The position numbers and the translations under genes were made by a program. The notes under the pieces were generated by a model, which saw only the letters and a program-made list of their open reading frames with translations, was not told the DNA's origin and searched no databases. Shown here piece by piece: positions 19,413 to 28,958 of a DNA stretch of 64,000 nt (the first letter of the stretch is position 1; each line of letters starts with the position of its first letter). Origin of the DNA: an uncultured Candidatus Saccharibacteria bacterium (GTDB taxonomy: Bacteria > Patescibacteriota > Saccharimonadia > Saccharimonadales > UBA4665); assembly GCA_963730375.1 (NCBI GenBank), contig CAVSRJ010000004.1, positions 29,112 to 93,111 on the forward strand, in the 5' to 3' direction.

Positions 19413-20213
19413 ATGATATTACAAGATAAAGTATTCGTGGTGAGTGGCGCTGGCGGTGGCATAGGCGGCGAAGTGGTAAAAGCGCTACTGGCACGTGGTG
19501 CCAAGGTTGCGGCGGTAGATCTGCGAGACGAAGCACTGCAGGCGCTGAAAGCCAGCCTGGGTGACGGAGCGGCAGTGTCGCTCCATGCTCTCGACATCAG
19601 TGACCGTGAGGTGGTGACTGCCCTGCCCGATGCAGTCGTGCAGGCGCACGGTCATGTCGATGGATTACTAAACAATGCCGGTATAGTACAGCCATTTGTA
19701 CGGGTCAATGACTTGAACTACGACGCGATTGAGCGTGTGATGAATGTGAACTTTTACGGTACGTTGTACATGACGAAGGCGTTTTTGCCTCATTTGCTGG
19801 AGCGCCCAGAAGCGTATCTGATGAATGTCTCCAGCATGGGCGGCTTTTTGCCAGTGCCCGGCCAGAGTGTGTATGGCGCCAGCAAGGCGGCAGTCAAGCT
19901 ACTCACTGAGGGGTTGTACGCTGAACTGCTCAATACAAATGTCCATGTCAGTGTGGTGTTCCCCGGGGCAACAGCGACAGACATCACACAGAACTCTGGG
20001 GTGGATGCGCCAGGCGGAGTAGATGTGGACGCGAGCAAATTCCCGATGCTATCTGCCGAAAAGGCTGCAAAAATCATCGTAGATGGGATTGAAAAGAATA
20101 AGCCGCAAATATTTACAGGTAAAGACAGCAAACTGATGAACCGGCTGTACCGCCTGAGCCCGGTACGCGCCACCAAACTTATTACCAGGCAGATGCAGTC
20201 ACTACTTAGCTAG
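19413..20213 (+). CDS. short-chain dehydrogenase/reductase (SDR)
   Basis: Carries the cofactor motif VSGAGGGIGGE (TGxxxGxG-type), NNAG, and the catalytic YGASKAA (YxxxK). Confidence 0.85.
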   Translation: MILQDKVFVVSGAGGGIGGEVVKALLARGAKVAAVDLRDEALQALKASLGDGAAVSLHALDISDREVVTALPDAVVQAHGHVDGLLNNAGIVQPFVRVNDLNYDAIERVMNVNFYGTLYMTKAFLPHLLERPEAYLMNVSSMGGFLPVPGQSVYGASKAAVKLLTEGLYAELLNTNVHVSVVFPGATATDITQNSGVDAPGGVDVDASKFPMLSAEKAAKIIVDGIEKNKPQIFTGKDSKLMNRLYRLSPVRATKLITRQMQSLLS

Positions 20214-20790
20214 CGTCGAGGTCTACGATATGTGCAAGACTGGCGCGGAACGGATATGCCAGGGGTAGCAAGATTTTGTGCTGGCTAAGGTCTTCGCTAT
20301 CTAGTACGACCCCCGCTTCGCTCAGAATCTGCTTGCGGGCAGCGACCAATACCGGAGCGACAGTTGCAACTTTATCTGCGTTGTCGACATCGGCGATATC
20401 GATATCCTGATGCTGTTTTATGATCTGGCGTTCAGGGACAAAGACTGCCCTTAGGTCGTCAACCACTCCGACGATACGCTGTCGGGGTTGCAGCCGATGC
20501 GCGCGTAATAAGCGATTGCCAAACGTGGCCGATAGATATCCGCTCACCGCGGTGCCGGTAGCGGTCGCAGCTAGGCCTTCACCCACAGCAAGCTGCTCTG
20601 CCTGGAGGAGATCGTTCTCTATAAAGTGGTTCGCAAGTTTTAGCTGGTTATCGCGGGCAGCTGAATCCATATTGGCAAAATCCTGCACTGCAAACGGATA
20701 GATATGTTGGGAAATCCGCTGAAGCTCTGCTCGCAGTTGTACATTTCGGTCGTCGGGATCAGGAACTACAAAGTAGCTATGCTCTGACAT
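20206..20790 (-). CDS. hypothetical protein
   Basis: 194-aa ORF. It is preceded by the same 16-nt box plus TTGAC-type promoter as the next gene. Confidence 0.6.
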   Translation of the reverse strand: MSEHSYFVVPDPDDRNVQLRAELQRISQHIYPFAVQDFANMDSAARDNQLKLANHFIENDLLQAEQLAVGEGLAATATGTAVSGYLSATFGNRLLRAHRLQPRQRIVGVVDDLRAVFVPERQIIKQHQDIDIADVDNADKVATVAPVLVAARKQILSEAGVVLDSEDLSQHKILLPLAYPFRASLAHIVDLDAS

Positions 20791-20823
20791 ATTTGTAGTG
20801 TACCTCAGGTAATTCAGGGGTCA

Positions 20824-20839
20824 AAGCATGGGCGGTATG
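20824..20839 (-). promoter_or_regulatory. 16-nt box AAGCATGGGCGGTATG (copy 1) overlapping a -35 element
   Basis: Minus-strand reading: CATACCGCCCATGCTTTGACC-N16-TACACT-ACAAAT-ATG. This gives a -35/-10 pair with the start codon only 6 nt after the -10. Confidence 0.4.
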
Positions 20840-20849
20840 GTCGGATTGC

Positions 20850-21425
20850 TTATTCGGCAATCTGCGCGACGAGAGTTTTCATACCGTACGCTACAGCCGG
20901 GACCACCATCATAAGCGACGTATCGAACTGATATGATACTTCGGCTCCAAATGGATCCCTGGTGTCGTGCACGGGTTGTTTTAGGACGAGGGCGGCCGCA
21001 AAAAGACACTCGTCGAAAGGAAGTCCCTCCTCCTTTTGCTGGAGTGCCTTACGTATCCGTTCAATGGTCGGAAAGGCATATGACGTGACGTCATGAACGA
21101 TACCGACAACAGCATCACTACTGCGGATGGGCTTGCCAAAAACTGGACGGTCATCTTCGTCGATGAGTATATACCCGCCTTCGCCAGCAGCGACCAGTGG
21201 CATATCGCGCCGGATACCTTCGGAATGGCTGAATTCGAAGTCAAGGTAAGTGTTTACCCGATTTGCTAATTCAGAAATAACTGGCATCGGTGCTTCATCC
21301 AAGTTGATGCCTGACCGAGTGGCGTGTTTCGTGGCAATTTCTTGCAGACGACTGAATGAATCTTGTAGGGCAAGATCTTCTGGTCTTGGTTCGGGCGAAT
21401 GCAAATCGTAGCGATAATTTACCAT
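20850..21425 (-). CDS. hypothetical protein
   Basis: 191-aa ORF of similar size to 20206-20790, possibly a distant paralog (AVVGIVHDV versus RIVGVVDDL). Confidence 0.6.
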   Translation of the reverse strand: MVNYRYDLHSPEPRPEDLALQDSFSRLQEIATKHATRSGINLDEAPMPVISELANRVNTYLDFEFSHSEGIRRDMPLVAAGEGGYILIDEDDRPVFGKPIRSSDAVVGIVHDVTSYAFPTIERIRKALQQKEEGLPFDECLFAAALVLKQPVHDTRDPFGAEVSYQFDTSLMMVVPAVAYGMKTLVAQIAE

Positions 21426-21457
21426 GGGATTATTGTAAAACGACTCCCCAATTCGTC

Positions 21458-21473
21458 AAGCATGGGCGGTATG
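21458..21473 (-). promoter_or_regulatory. 16-nt box AAGCATGGGCGGTATG (copy 2) overlapping a -35 element
   Basis: Minus-strand reading: CATACCGCCCATGCTTGACG-N16-TACAAT-AATCC-ATG. Identical 16-mer to 20824-20839. Confidence 0.4.
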
Positions 21474-21525
21474 ACGAGAGAATACAGTTCTTGCTATATC
21501 TAGGATAGATGGTACAGTATTAGCC

Positions 21526-22065
21526 ATGACTTACAGAGGAGAACATCCCGATGCCTCAACACGACTACAGGAATTATGTGATTTTGACCTGATAACATCC
21601 GTCGACTCGCGTCGTGAGTTGTTGGATAGCATGGATGGGGTCGGTGGCGCTGTTGAGGACGTGTTGAGATTGCATGACGTGCCCGAGGGCAACTACGCCA
21701 CGTGGGAGCACGGCTCCGCCAAAGCCAACTTATTATTGGTCGCACGCAAGCACGACATGAACAGTGTTCAGCTACGGCTGGTTCGTAACAAAATTGAACC
21801 AGTCAGTGAGGTGCACCTACCCTTACAGGCTCCACTGCAATTGATTAGCTCAGGTATTGCAACGAGCGAGTTGCGGATGAAATACTTCTCGCTCATAGAG
21901 CTGAACGCTGGAGATTATGAGCGTGCTCGGCCGTTCTACGATCCAAGCGAGGATGGCTTTTCGCTGGATGGCGACAGAGACGTCGGTGGCTATTTTGCTA
22001 CGCTCAGAACGCTGCTGGGTGCACTGATTGAAGTAGAAGAGCAACCGACTCGATTTCATTCATAG
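21526..22065 (+). CDS. hypothetical protein
   Basis: 179-aa ORF with no recognisable domain. Confidence 0.55.
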   Translation: MTYRGEHPDASTRLQELCDFDLITSVDSRRELLDSMDGVGGAVEDVLRLHDVPEGNYATWEHGSAKANLLLVARKHDMNSVQLRLVRNKIEPVSEVHLPLQAPLQLISSGIATSELRMKYFSLIELNAGDYERARPFYDPSEDGFSLDGDRDVGGYFATLRTLLGALIEVEEQPTRFHS

Positions 22066-22066
22066 T

Positions 22067-23221
22067 TTATTGCTCCCACGGAAATTCAGGGTGGCCGAAA
22101 TGGCCGTAGCGGGCGGTTTGCTCGTAGATGGGGCGGCGCAAATCCAGGTGCTGGATAATGCCGGCCGGCGTCAGGTCGTAGCCTGTTACCAGCTGTTGTT
22201 TGCCGTCGACGATGACGGTGGCCTCGAGCGGCTCGGCGTAGCCGATGGCGTATGCCAGGTAGCAGTAAACCTCCTTGGCATCATGTTTTTTTAGATAGTC
22301 GACGGCGATGCTGCGCGCCATGTAGGCGGCGCTGCGGTCGACCTTTGACGGGTCTTTGCCGCTAAAACAGCCGCCGCCGATTGGGATGCCCGGGCCGTAG
22401 TTATCGACGACCAGTTTACGGCCAGTCAGGCCGGTGTCGGCGTCAAAGCCGCCCTGCTCCCAGTCGCCCGCAGGGTTGATGTGCAGGCTAACCTTGTCGG
22501 CGGCTACCGCTAACGGTTCCTGCTGAACCCAAGCCTCGACCTGTGTTTGGAGATCCGCCTGGGCGGCGTGCTGAAAACTGGCCACAATAGATTCTATCTG
22601 GCCATCGCGCAGGGTTACCTGGGTTTTGCCATCGTGCGGCCAGGTGGCGTATAAGAATTGATTCAGTTTGCGGCTGAGTACGACCTCGAGTGGCAGTAGT
22701 TCATCCGTCTCATTGCAGGCGTAGCCCACCATGATGCCCTGGTCGCCGGCGCCACCAGTGTCGACGCCACCAGCAATCTCGGGACTTTGTTTGACGATGC
22801 GGACTTCGGTCTCGACATCGTCTCCTGCGATGCGCTTGATAATGGGCTCGACATCAACATGGCCAGTCGACGTGACCTCACCCACCACGAATACTTTGCC
22901 GTGTCCGCCGACCGCTTCGACCGCTACACGTGACGTTGGGTCTTGAGCTAGGTAGGCATCGAGTACGGCATCGCTGATTTGGTCACAAATCTTATCAGGA
23001 TGTCCAGGGCTCACACTCTCAGCTGTACGGTACGAAATCCTCACCACGCTGTCTTGTTTTCCGGCAGAGCCGGAAATTCTGCCAGCACTTTTGGCGCTAT
23101 CGCCGATTTTCGGCTGTGCTGCTCCGGCACGGTATCGCACCATACCGTTTCGTCCGCTGCTCGCCGAGAAATTGTCGCTATCACTCAAATGAGAATCTCG
23201 TACTCCACTATCGTTTGACAT
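22067..23221 (-). CDS. metK: S-adenosylmethionine synthetase
   Basis: Carries ESVSPGHPDKICDQISDAVLDAYL, GAGDQGIMVGYA and GGGCFSGKDPSKVDRSAAYMAR. The first ~58 codons are low-complexity (S/G/A/R) and have no counterpart in canonical MetK. In-frame GTG codons at 23047/23044 would give a canonical N-terminus. Confidence 0.9.
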   Translation of the reverse strand: MSNDSGVRDSHLSDSDNFSASSGRNGMVRYRAGAAQPKIGDSAKSAGRISGSAGKQDSVVRISYRTAESVSPGHPDKICDQISDAVLDAYLAQDPTSRVAVEAVGGHGKVFVVGEVTSTGHVDVEPIIKRIAGDDVETEVRIVKQSPEIAGGVDTGGAGDQGIMVGYACNETDELLPLEVVLSRKLNQFLYATWPHDGKTQVTLRDGQIESIVASFQHAAQADLQTQVEAWVQQEPLAVAADKVSLHINPAGDWEQGGFDADTGLTGRKLVVDNYGPGIPIGGGCFSGKDPSKVDRSAAYMARSIAVDYLKKHDAKEVYCYLAYAIGYAEPLEATVIVDGKQQLVTGYDLTPAGIIQHLDLRRPIYEQTARYGHFGHPEFPWEQ

Positions 23222-23400
23222 AAAAAAATCCTTTCTGCACCGCAGGAAGGATGTATGTCATGCATATATCTTTCCCGCAGACTGATTACGGGCTAGATGG
23301 ACCACCGATGCCCTGGGGCCGGTTGGTAGCAGGTCGATGAGCTAGGTCTCTCGCTGCTTCTGTATACTCACCTTGTTAATACGCTTATTCTAGCAAACCT
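23222..23400 (-). promoter_or_regulatory. structured metK leader (candidate attenuator/riboswitch)
   Basis: On the sense strand, the hairpin UCCUUCCUGC-GGU-GCAGAAAGGA (23229-23251) is followed by U7 (23222-23228) and then the annotated AUG. Upstream lies a nested hairpin ACCAACCG-GCCCCAGGGC-AU-CGGUGGU. No minus-strand gene ends here. Confidence 0.35.
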
Positions 23401-23462
23401 TAATGTGTTGGCATAGTGCTGTTGCTTGACACCACGTTCGCCATACCGTTCAATAACTGCAC

Positions 23463-24110
23463 ATGATCACTTCCGAACAGCTTGATACACTGCCGAATGT
23501 ATATGGCCGCGGAGCGCCGAGTCCAGAGCAGCTTTCACTCGCACAGACCCACATTGCAGATGTCATGCGGCTGAATCGAGACGAGGTCGACGAGTCACGT
23601 GGCCTGGCCGAGCAAATATATGGTCTGGCGGAGGCTGTGGGCGTGGTGTCTAGTTATGCATGGGAGATTTATCCAAGTTTGCGCTCCTGGCTTTCCTACC
23701 CACGAATCAAGGCCGAACTACCAGGAGAAAGACTGCTAGAGGTTTCGACAATGACGGGCGGCATGAGTCTGGCGTTATACACAGCACGGACTCGTTACAA
23801 CGAGGGTCGGTTACGCCAAGTCGGGATCCCCGATGCTAGTCAGATTGAGGCTTTGCTAGATCAACCTGATTCAGCACAATGGCGCAGTGCTGGCTATGCT
23901 GCCGAATCGTTTAGGCCTCGTCAGCATATCTCTGAGGAATTTATGCCGTTTTACCAGCCGGTAAGGCTCAGCTTCATGCCAACAGTTTCGCGTAATGGGG
24001 GCAATGTTAGACGCACCTCTACATCAGCATCCGGGTATCTGGGTGTTACGCAGGATTTGCTCGGCCATCTGAACCGCAGCGTTGCAAAGGCGGCGCAAAA
24101 AGCCGCATAG
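23463..24110 (+). CDS. hypothetical protein
   Basis: 215-aa ORF divergent from metK. No recognisable domain. Confidence 0.6.
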   Translation: MITSEQLDTLPNVYGRGAPSPEQLSLAQTHIADVMRLNRDEVDESRGLAEQIYGLAEAVGVVSSYAWEIYPSLRSWLSYPRIKAELPGERLLEVSTMTGGMSLALYTARTRYNEGRLRQVGIPDASQIEALLDQPDSAQWRSAGYAAESFRPRQHISEEFMPFYQPVRLSFMPTVSRNGGNVRRTSTSASGYLGVTQDLLGHLNRSVAKAAQKAA

Positions 24111-24152
24111 CATTTTTGGGTCAAAGCTGGCGATGCTGTACACTGGGTAGTT

Positions 24153-24542
24153 ATGAATCCATCAGACAACACACCACTCGAGGGTACCAAACTGGCCAAC
24201 TTTGACCCGGTTGATTCGGTACCCGAACTACAAATTATCGACGTAACTGAGGGCAGCGGCGACGTTGTGCCAGAGGGTGCAACCATCACCGCGCACTACA
24301 CCGGCGCACTGTGCAAGGACGGCACGATATTCCAAAGCTCCAAAGATTTCGGCAACCCCATTACGTTCGGCCTAAACCAGGTCATCCCCGGCTGGACCAA
24401 GGGTGTGCCCGGCATGAAAGTAGGCGGTGTGCGCCGTCTGGTCATCCCAGCTGCTATGGCCTATGGACCACAATCGCCATCGCCTAACATTCCGCCCAAC
24501 TCTGACCTGGTGTTCGACATTGAGCTCGTCGCGTTAGCCTAG
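24153..24542 (+). CDS. FKBP-type peptidyl-prolyl cis-trans isomerase
   Basis: HYTGAL-DGT-F-SS...F-L-QVIPGW--G--GMKVGG-R-L-IP---AYG...IPPNS-L-F-IEL is the classic FKBP_C pattern. Confidence 0.85.
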   Translation: MNPSDNTPLEGTKLANFDPVDSVPELQIIDVTEGSGDVVPEGATITAHYTGALCKDGTIFQSSKDFGNPITFGLNQVIPGWTKGVPGMKVGGVRRLVIPAAMAYGPQSPSPNIPPNSDLVFDIELVALA

Positions 24543-24610
24543 ATAGCCTTTGCGAACAGTGCCACTGTATTGCCTATTGCAATACGAAATAATAGTGGTA
24601 TTGTACAGAT

Positions 24611-25003
24611 ATGAAGTCAACCGAGTTTACCGGTAGCAATCGACCAGTCGCTGAACCATTTTTGGCGAGCGAGCTTGCACGCTATGGTGACTATGACTGG
24701 CAGTATTTCGAGACAGAACCGCAGCCAGACGATGACGCGACCCAAGCTATTGAGCCAGATGCATTTGTCGTCGCGGTCGATGGCGTGGCATTGGCGCTGG
24801 TTGGCTCGACCCGAGATGTCTGGGATCAGCATGTGTATGGCCAACGCTTTGCGTCATCTATAGAAGCGACCGTTACTCCTCAATTAGCTGGATTGACAGT
24901 GAATGATGCCCAACTCAGCACCAGCGGCATTGTCAATGCGATGTATGAACGATATGCCGAGCAGCAGACGCGTGATTCCGACGGGTACTACCTCGCTGGG
25001 TAA
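24611..25003 (+). CDS. hypothetical protein
   Basis: 130-aa acidic ORF with no recognisable domain. Confidence 0.5.
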   Translation: MKSTEFTGSNRPVAEPFLASELARYGDYDWQYFETEPQPDDDATQAIEPDAFVVAVDGVALALVGSTRDVWDQHVYGQRFASSIEATVTPQLAGLTVNDAQLSTSGIVNAMYERYAEQQTRDSDGYYLAG

Positions 25004-25035
25004 TCGACACTCTTGTTAGTTACGACTCCATACGG

Positions 25036-25530
25036 TTAGTTGAGAGACTGCACGATCTCAAATGATCCAGACAGCATGTTGTCGTGTTCGTCGAACGTGA
25101 AATTGCAGCGGAGTTTTTTACCCTGCAATACTGCAGGTAGCCAGATGATATCGTCCTGCCACATTTGTGCGTATGGAATTTCTGTTTCGTCGAACCACTG
25201 CGGTGCCATTTCTTCTGTTTCGGTTGGTTCGCCCTGCCAGGTATCACATATAAAAACATGACCTATCATGTCGGTAGTGCCATCGGGAAATGAGAATTCT
25301 AGATAGGCAACTTTTTCGAGGTGAGCCGGCGTAACTTCAATCTCCTCTTGGCATTCGCGGACCGCGGCTTGTTCGATGGTCTCGCCTGGCTCAATTTTGC
25401 CGCCGACGCCGTTATAACGTCCACTGCCAAAGCCACGCTTCTTCATGGCCAGCAACAGCTGATTATCCCGGCGCAAAAACAGGAGCGTACATACTTTGGC
25501 TGGCGTAGCAGCGTCCGCCATATGTGTCAT
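25036..25530 (-). CDS. Nudix hydrolase (MutT-like)
   Basis: Carries the Nudix box GGKIEPGETIEQAAVRECQEEIEV (GX5EX7REUXEEXGU). Confidence 0.85.
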   Translation of the reverse strand: MTHMADAATPAKVCTLLFLRRDNQLLLAMKKRGFGSGRYNGVGGKIEPGETIEQAAVRECQEEIEVTPAHLEKVAYLEFSFPDGTTDMIGHVFICDTWQGEPTETEEMAPQWFDETEIPYAQMWQDDIIWLPAVLQGKKLRCNFTFDEHDNMLSGSFEIVQSLN

Positions 25531-26449
25531 GCCCCTAACGAAAGATGCAGTGTGCGTAGCACATCGTAGGTGCTGCGGTCATTGCCGTGGCCGCTCATGG
25601 TCCAGATAAGTTTGCTGCCCTTGATGCGTTGGTGTAGCTCGTACGCCGTGGCTGGTGGACAGACCATGTCGTAGCGGCCCTGCACTATCCAGACTGGCAT
25701 GGTGAGTTTATGGGCATGCTTTCATAATGTAGCCCTCGGGCATGAAGCAGCCATTCGTAAAGTAGTGCTGCTCATATTCGTACAAGTGTTGGGTCGAAAT
25801 CTTCATCGAGTTTTGGCGCCGTCCAGCGGTCGTCCAGCGTCATGAGGCTGCTCTCCACTGCGGAGTATGCGTGCGCCGACGTGCGCATTTTAGCCTCGTC
25901 CGTGCCCAAAATGTGCTTGGCATGCCAGGCAGTTGGGTCATTTTGATGCGTTTTTGGGACGGTTTGCTGGTAGGCTTCCCAGCGTTCGGGGTAGAACAGT
26001 CGGTACAAGCCATTATCAAACCATTCAATCTCGCTCTTGCGGCCGGTGAACACACCGCGCATAAAGATGCCGGTGACGCGCTTGGGGTGTTTGATGGCGT
26101 AGGCGAGAGCGAGGGTACTGCCCCATGAGCCGCCGTTGAGCATAAACTTTGTTAGCTTGAGTTTGTTGGCAATTTTTTCAATGTCCTCGACTAAGTCATC
26201 GGTCGTGTTGTGATCAAGCGAGCCATAGGGCGTGCTCTTGCCGCTGCCTCGTTGGTCAAAAAATATAACGCGGTGAATCTGGGGATCGTAACTGTCTTTG
26301 TACCTGTCCTTGCAGCCGCTGCCGGGGCCACCGTGGATGTATATAATTGGATTCTTGGCAGTTTTGTTGCCCCAGTCCTGAATGTACAACGTGTGGCCGT
26401 CGCCTACGTCCAACATGAGTTCTTGGTTGGTGAATTTGTCTGGCGTCAT
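25528..26449 (-). pseudogene. pip: proline iminopeptidase (alpha/beta hydrolase), C-terminal third frameshifted
   Basis: ORF 25772-26449 has HGGPGSG, FDQRGSGKS and GGSWGSTLALAYA. Hand translation downstream gives EYEQHYFTNGCFMPEGYIMKA and then, in another frame, LTMPVWIVQGRYDMVCPPATAYELHQRIKGSKLIWTMSGHG..., ending in an ATGA overlap with the Nudix start. Confidence 0.75.
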
Positions 26450-26451
26450 CG

Positions 26452-26901
26452 CTACTTACCTCCTGTGCTGCCGAAGCCGCCCGCACCACGACCGGTCTCG
26501 CTTATCTCGTCTACTGGGCTCCATTGTACCGCTTCGTACTTGCTAACAACAGCTTGGGCAATGCGGTCGCCACGATTGATCGTGAATGGCTGGTCGCCAC
26601 GGTTGATAAGAATGACGCCCACTTCGCCGCGATAATCAGCGTCGATGGTGCCGACGCCGTTGGCTAGGGTAATGCCGTGCTTTAGTGCCAGGCCGCTGCG
26701 GCCGCGAATTTGCATCTCGTGTCCGGGCGGCAACTCGACGTATAGTCCTGTCGGGATAACGGCGCGCTCGTTGGGTTTGAGCACGACCGGCTCGTCGATG
26801 GCGGCCAGCAGGTCCATGCCGGCGGCATGCTCGGTTTGGTATTGCGGCAGTGGTAAATCGCTGGTGTTCTTAACCTTGACGGTGACTGGTGGTATCTTCA
26901 T
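26452..26901 (-). CDS. dut: dUTP diphosphatase
   Basis: Carries AAGMDL, RSGLALKHGI, GTIDADYRGE, DRIAQ and RGAGGFGSTG, the five dUTPase motifs. Confidence 0.9.
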   Translation of the reverse strand: MKIPPVTVKVKNTSDLPLPQYQTEHAAGMDLLAAIDEPVVLKPNERAVIPTGLYVELPPGHEMQIRGRSGLALKHGITLANGVGTIDADYRGEVGVILINRGDQPFTINRGDRIAQAVVSKYEAVQWSPVDEISETGRGAGGFGSTGGK

Positions 26902-26928
26902 ACGCCCAGTGTAACAGATAGAATCTCG

Positions 26929-27573
26929 CTAAGGCCGAGGAGCAGTTTCTTGAATGGTCTCGACGGCTTTATCCAGTAGTCGCAAGGCTTCTTGGTCGCG
27001 GTCGTTGACGGTCGCATGATCGGTATCCCGCCCTTGCGTGGTGTCGGCAGTTACTTGGCCACTTACGCTGCTGCCCTGCTGGTAACCTAGTTCCCAGATA
27101 TTAGTCTTGTCCCCTGGTACTTTGTAAAAACTGACCTGGATGTCCTCAATCATAATGCCAACGCCGATGGGTGCTGCCTCGCCTGGGCAGCGAGTAATCA
27201 TGATGCGTCCGATGTCGGTGCTCGTTACTGTGTAGGGCGTGTCTTTGGTCTGCTTTGGCCGGTCAAAGTGGAGCCCGAGTCCTAGCAGGGTTTCACTAGC
27301 GTGCTGCACGGCGCTGGCAATGCGCCGGTTGCGAGTGTTGTTCTCGGAGCTATGTTTTGATGGGGTACAGACGGTTGGAGCGGGTTTTTCGAGTGTGTTT
27401 GGCTCTGCTGCGCTATCTGCGTTAGGTTTGCTGGCGTCGCTGGTGGCTGATGCGGTTGGTGCGGCGTCATACCATGGTTTATCTGCGCAGCCGGCGAGCG
27501 CCAATGCCGCGGCTGATATTGCTGCGGTGCGGGCCAGATTTGCTCTGCGACTGATAGTAGGTTCTTGATTCAT
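26929..27573 (-). CDS. putative lipoprotein
   Basis: Start taken at MNQEPT. Signal peptide with lipobox AALALAGC, then a low-complexity linker. No recognisable domain. Confidence 0.55.
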   Translation of the reverse strand: MNQEPTISRRANLARTAAISAAALALAGCADKPWYDAAPTASATSDASKPNADSAAEPNTLEKPAPTVCTPSKHSSENNTRNRRIASAVQHASETLLGLGLHFDRPKQTKDTPYTVTSTDIGRIMITRCPGEAAPIGVGIMIEDIQVSFYKVPGDKTNIWELGYQQGSSVSGQVTADTTQGRDTDHATVNDRDQEALRLLDKAVETIQETAPRP

Positions 27574-27636
27574 GTCAGTTACTGAAGGATTATGTATGAT
27601 ATACAATACAACAATTACATAATAAATGCAACATAC

Positions 27637-28180
27637 TCAGGCTTCATGAAGCAATTGGATGAGTTTGGCAACGGTATTGTGATTGCGAATCGTCATTTGT
27701 TTGTATATCGGCGTGCCGATAATCTTGCTGGCGGTCGTCCGGCCAAACTGTTTGATGGAGATACCCTGGTAGATAACCCCCCTGCCAGGCACAGCCATCT
27801 CTATGTCGGAACTGAAATCACCCATGGCCTCGAGGGCTTTGCTGGCTGTAACGGGCTTTTTGAGAAATAAATAATTGTACTTCCACTCTTCATTCTGGAG
27901 CCAGCCATCAGGTGTATGCTTGGCAATGTATTCAAATTCGGCCTGGCTGAACAGTGCTACTGTCACTGGGAAACCAAACGTTTGCTCGTATAGCCTGCTC
28001 TATTTCAGCGGTCAACGGTACTGCGTCATCTCGGATAGCATCGAAAATGACATTGCCGCTTTGGATGTAGGTGCGAACATTATCGAGACCCATATCGCTC
28101 AGGCATGTGCGCAAATCTGCCATCGGCACTCGGTTGTTGCCGCCGACGTTGATGCCTCTCAGTAATGCGATATAGCGCAT
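27637..28180 (-). pseudogene. DUF1697 family protein, frameshifted
   Basis: The N-terminal ORF 27932-28180 (MRYIALLRGINVGGNNRVPMADLR...) and C-terminal ORF 27637-27966 overlap in different frames. Confidence 0.75.
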
Positions 28181-28186
28181 GCAATC

Positions 28187-28910
28187 CTAGGACCTGCTGT
28201 TAGTTAGGGATATCTCTTGTATCAGTGGAATAACTGAGCCAATGTTGGTGGCAATGCGACTGCTGGGGAGGCCAGCTCGCTCAAAATCTGCCCGATGATG
28301 AAGGCCGGTGGTGACCGCGACAAAGCCGATGCCGGCAGCCTGCGCCGCCGAATAGTCAACCAGATGATCGCCTAAGTACAGCACCGACTCCGGCTCGACG
28401 CGCGCATAGTGCAGTCGTTCAAGGGGCTTTTCGAACACGGCTCCGTCTGGTTTGTGGGCGGGTGTGTCCTCGTAGCCATATATAAGTGGCGAACCATCCG
28501 GTGGACTATCGAATAATCGTAGCGGTAGGCCGGCATTCTCGAGGTCTCGTAGCAGTAAGCTTCGACTCAACGAGCTGACTAAACCGAGATGGATATTATT
28601 CCCGTGTGCCCAATGAATAAACTTGTCGGTTTCATCGAACGGCTGCTTGGGAAATTGTATCGTAGTGGTCGGCAATGTCGGCTTTGACTTCGCGGACAGC
28701 CACATCATCGTTTGGATCTATTTCGCACAGTGTGGCGAGTAGTTGATCAAACGGTTGACCCCAATGTGCTCGAACAGTTTCTGGCGTGAGTTCGCGTTTA
28801 TAGCGTCGCGCAACTAGGTCAATCCACTGTTCGGTCTTTGGTTCGATGGTTCGGAGGAGAGTATCATCAAGGTCACACAGGATGGCCTCAACAGGTTTAT
28901 CTAGTCTCAT
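28187..28910 (-). pseudogene. HAD-superfamily hydrolase, frameshifted
   Basis: ORF 28632-28910 carries motif I (ILCDLDDTLL). ORF 28187-28708, in another frame, carries the remaining motifs (LGLVSS, HKPDG, YLGDHLVDYSAAQAAG). Confidence 0.75.
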
Positions 28911-28958
28911 GAAACATCATTCTACAGCATGGCGGGAGTATCGAAAACCACCGAGTAT

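Noticed and set aside
23222-23400. Assigning the metK leader to the SAM-I (S-box) riboswitch class
   Set aside because: I could not find the conserved S-box core elements (the kink-turn GA motif, or the GGCAACC / AGAGGGA-type junction sequences). It is kept only as an unclassified candidate leader.
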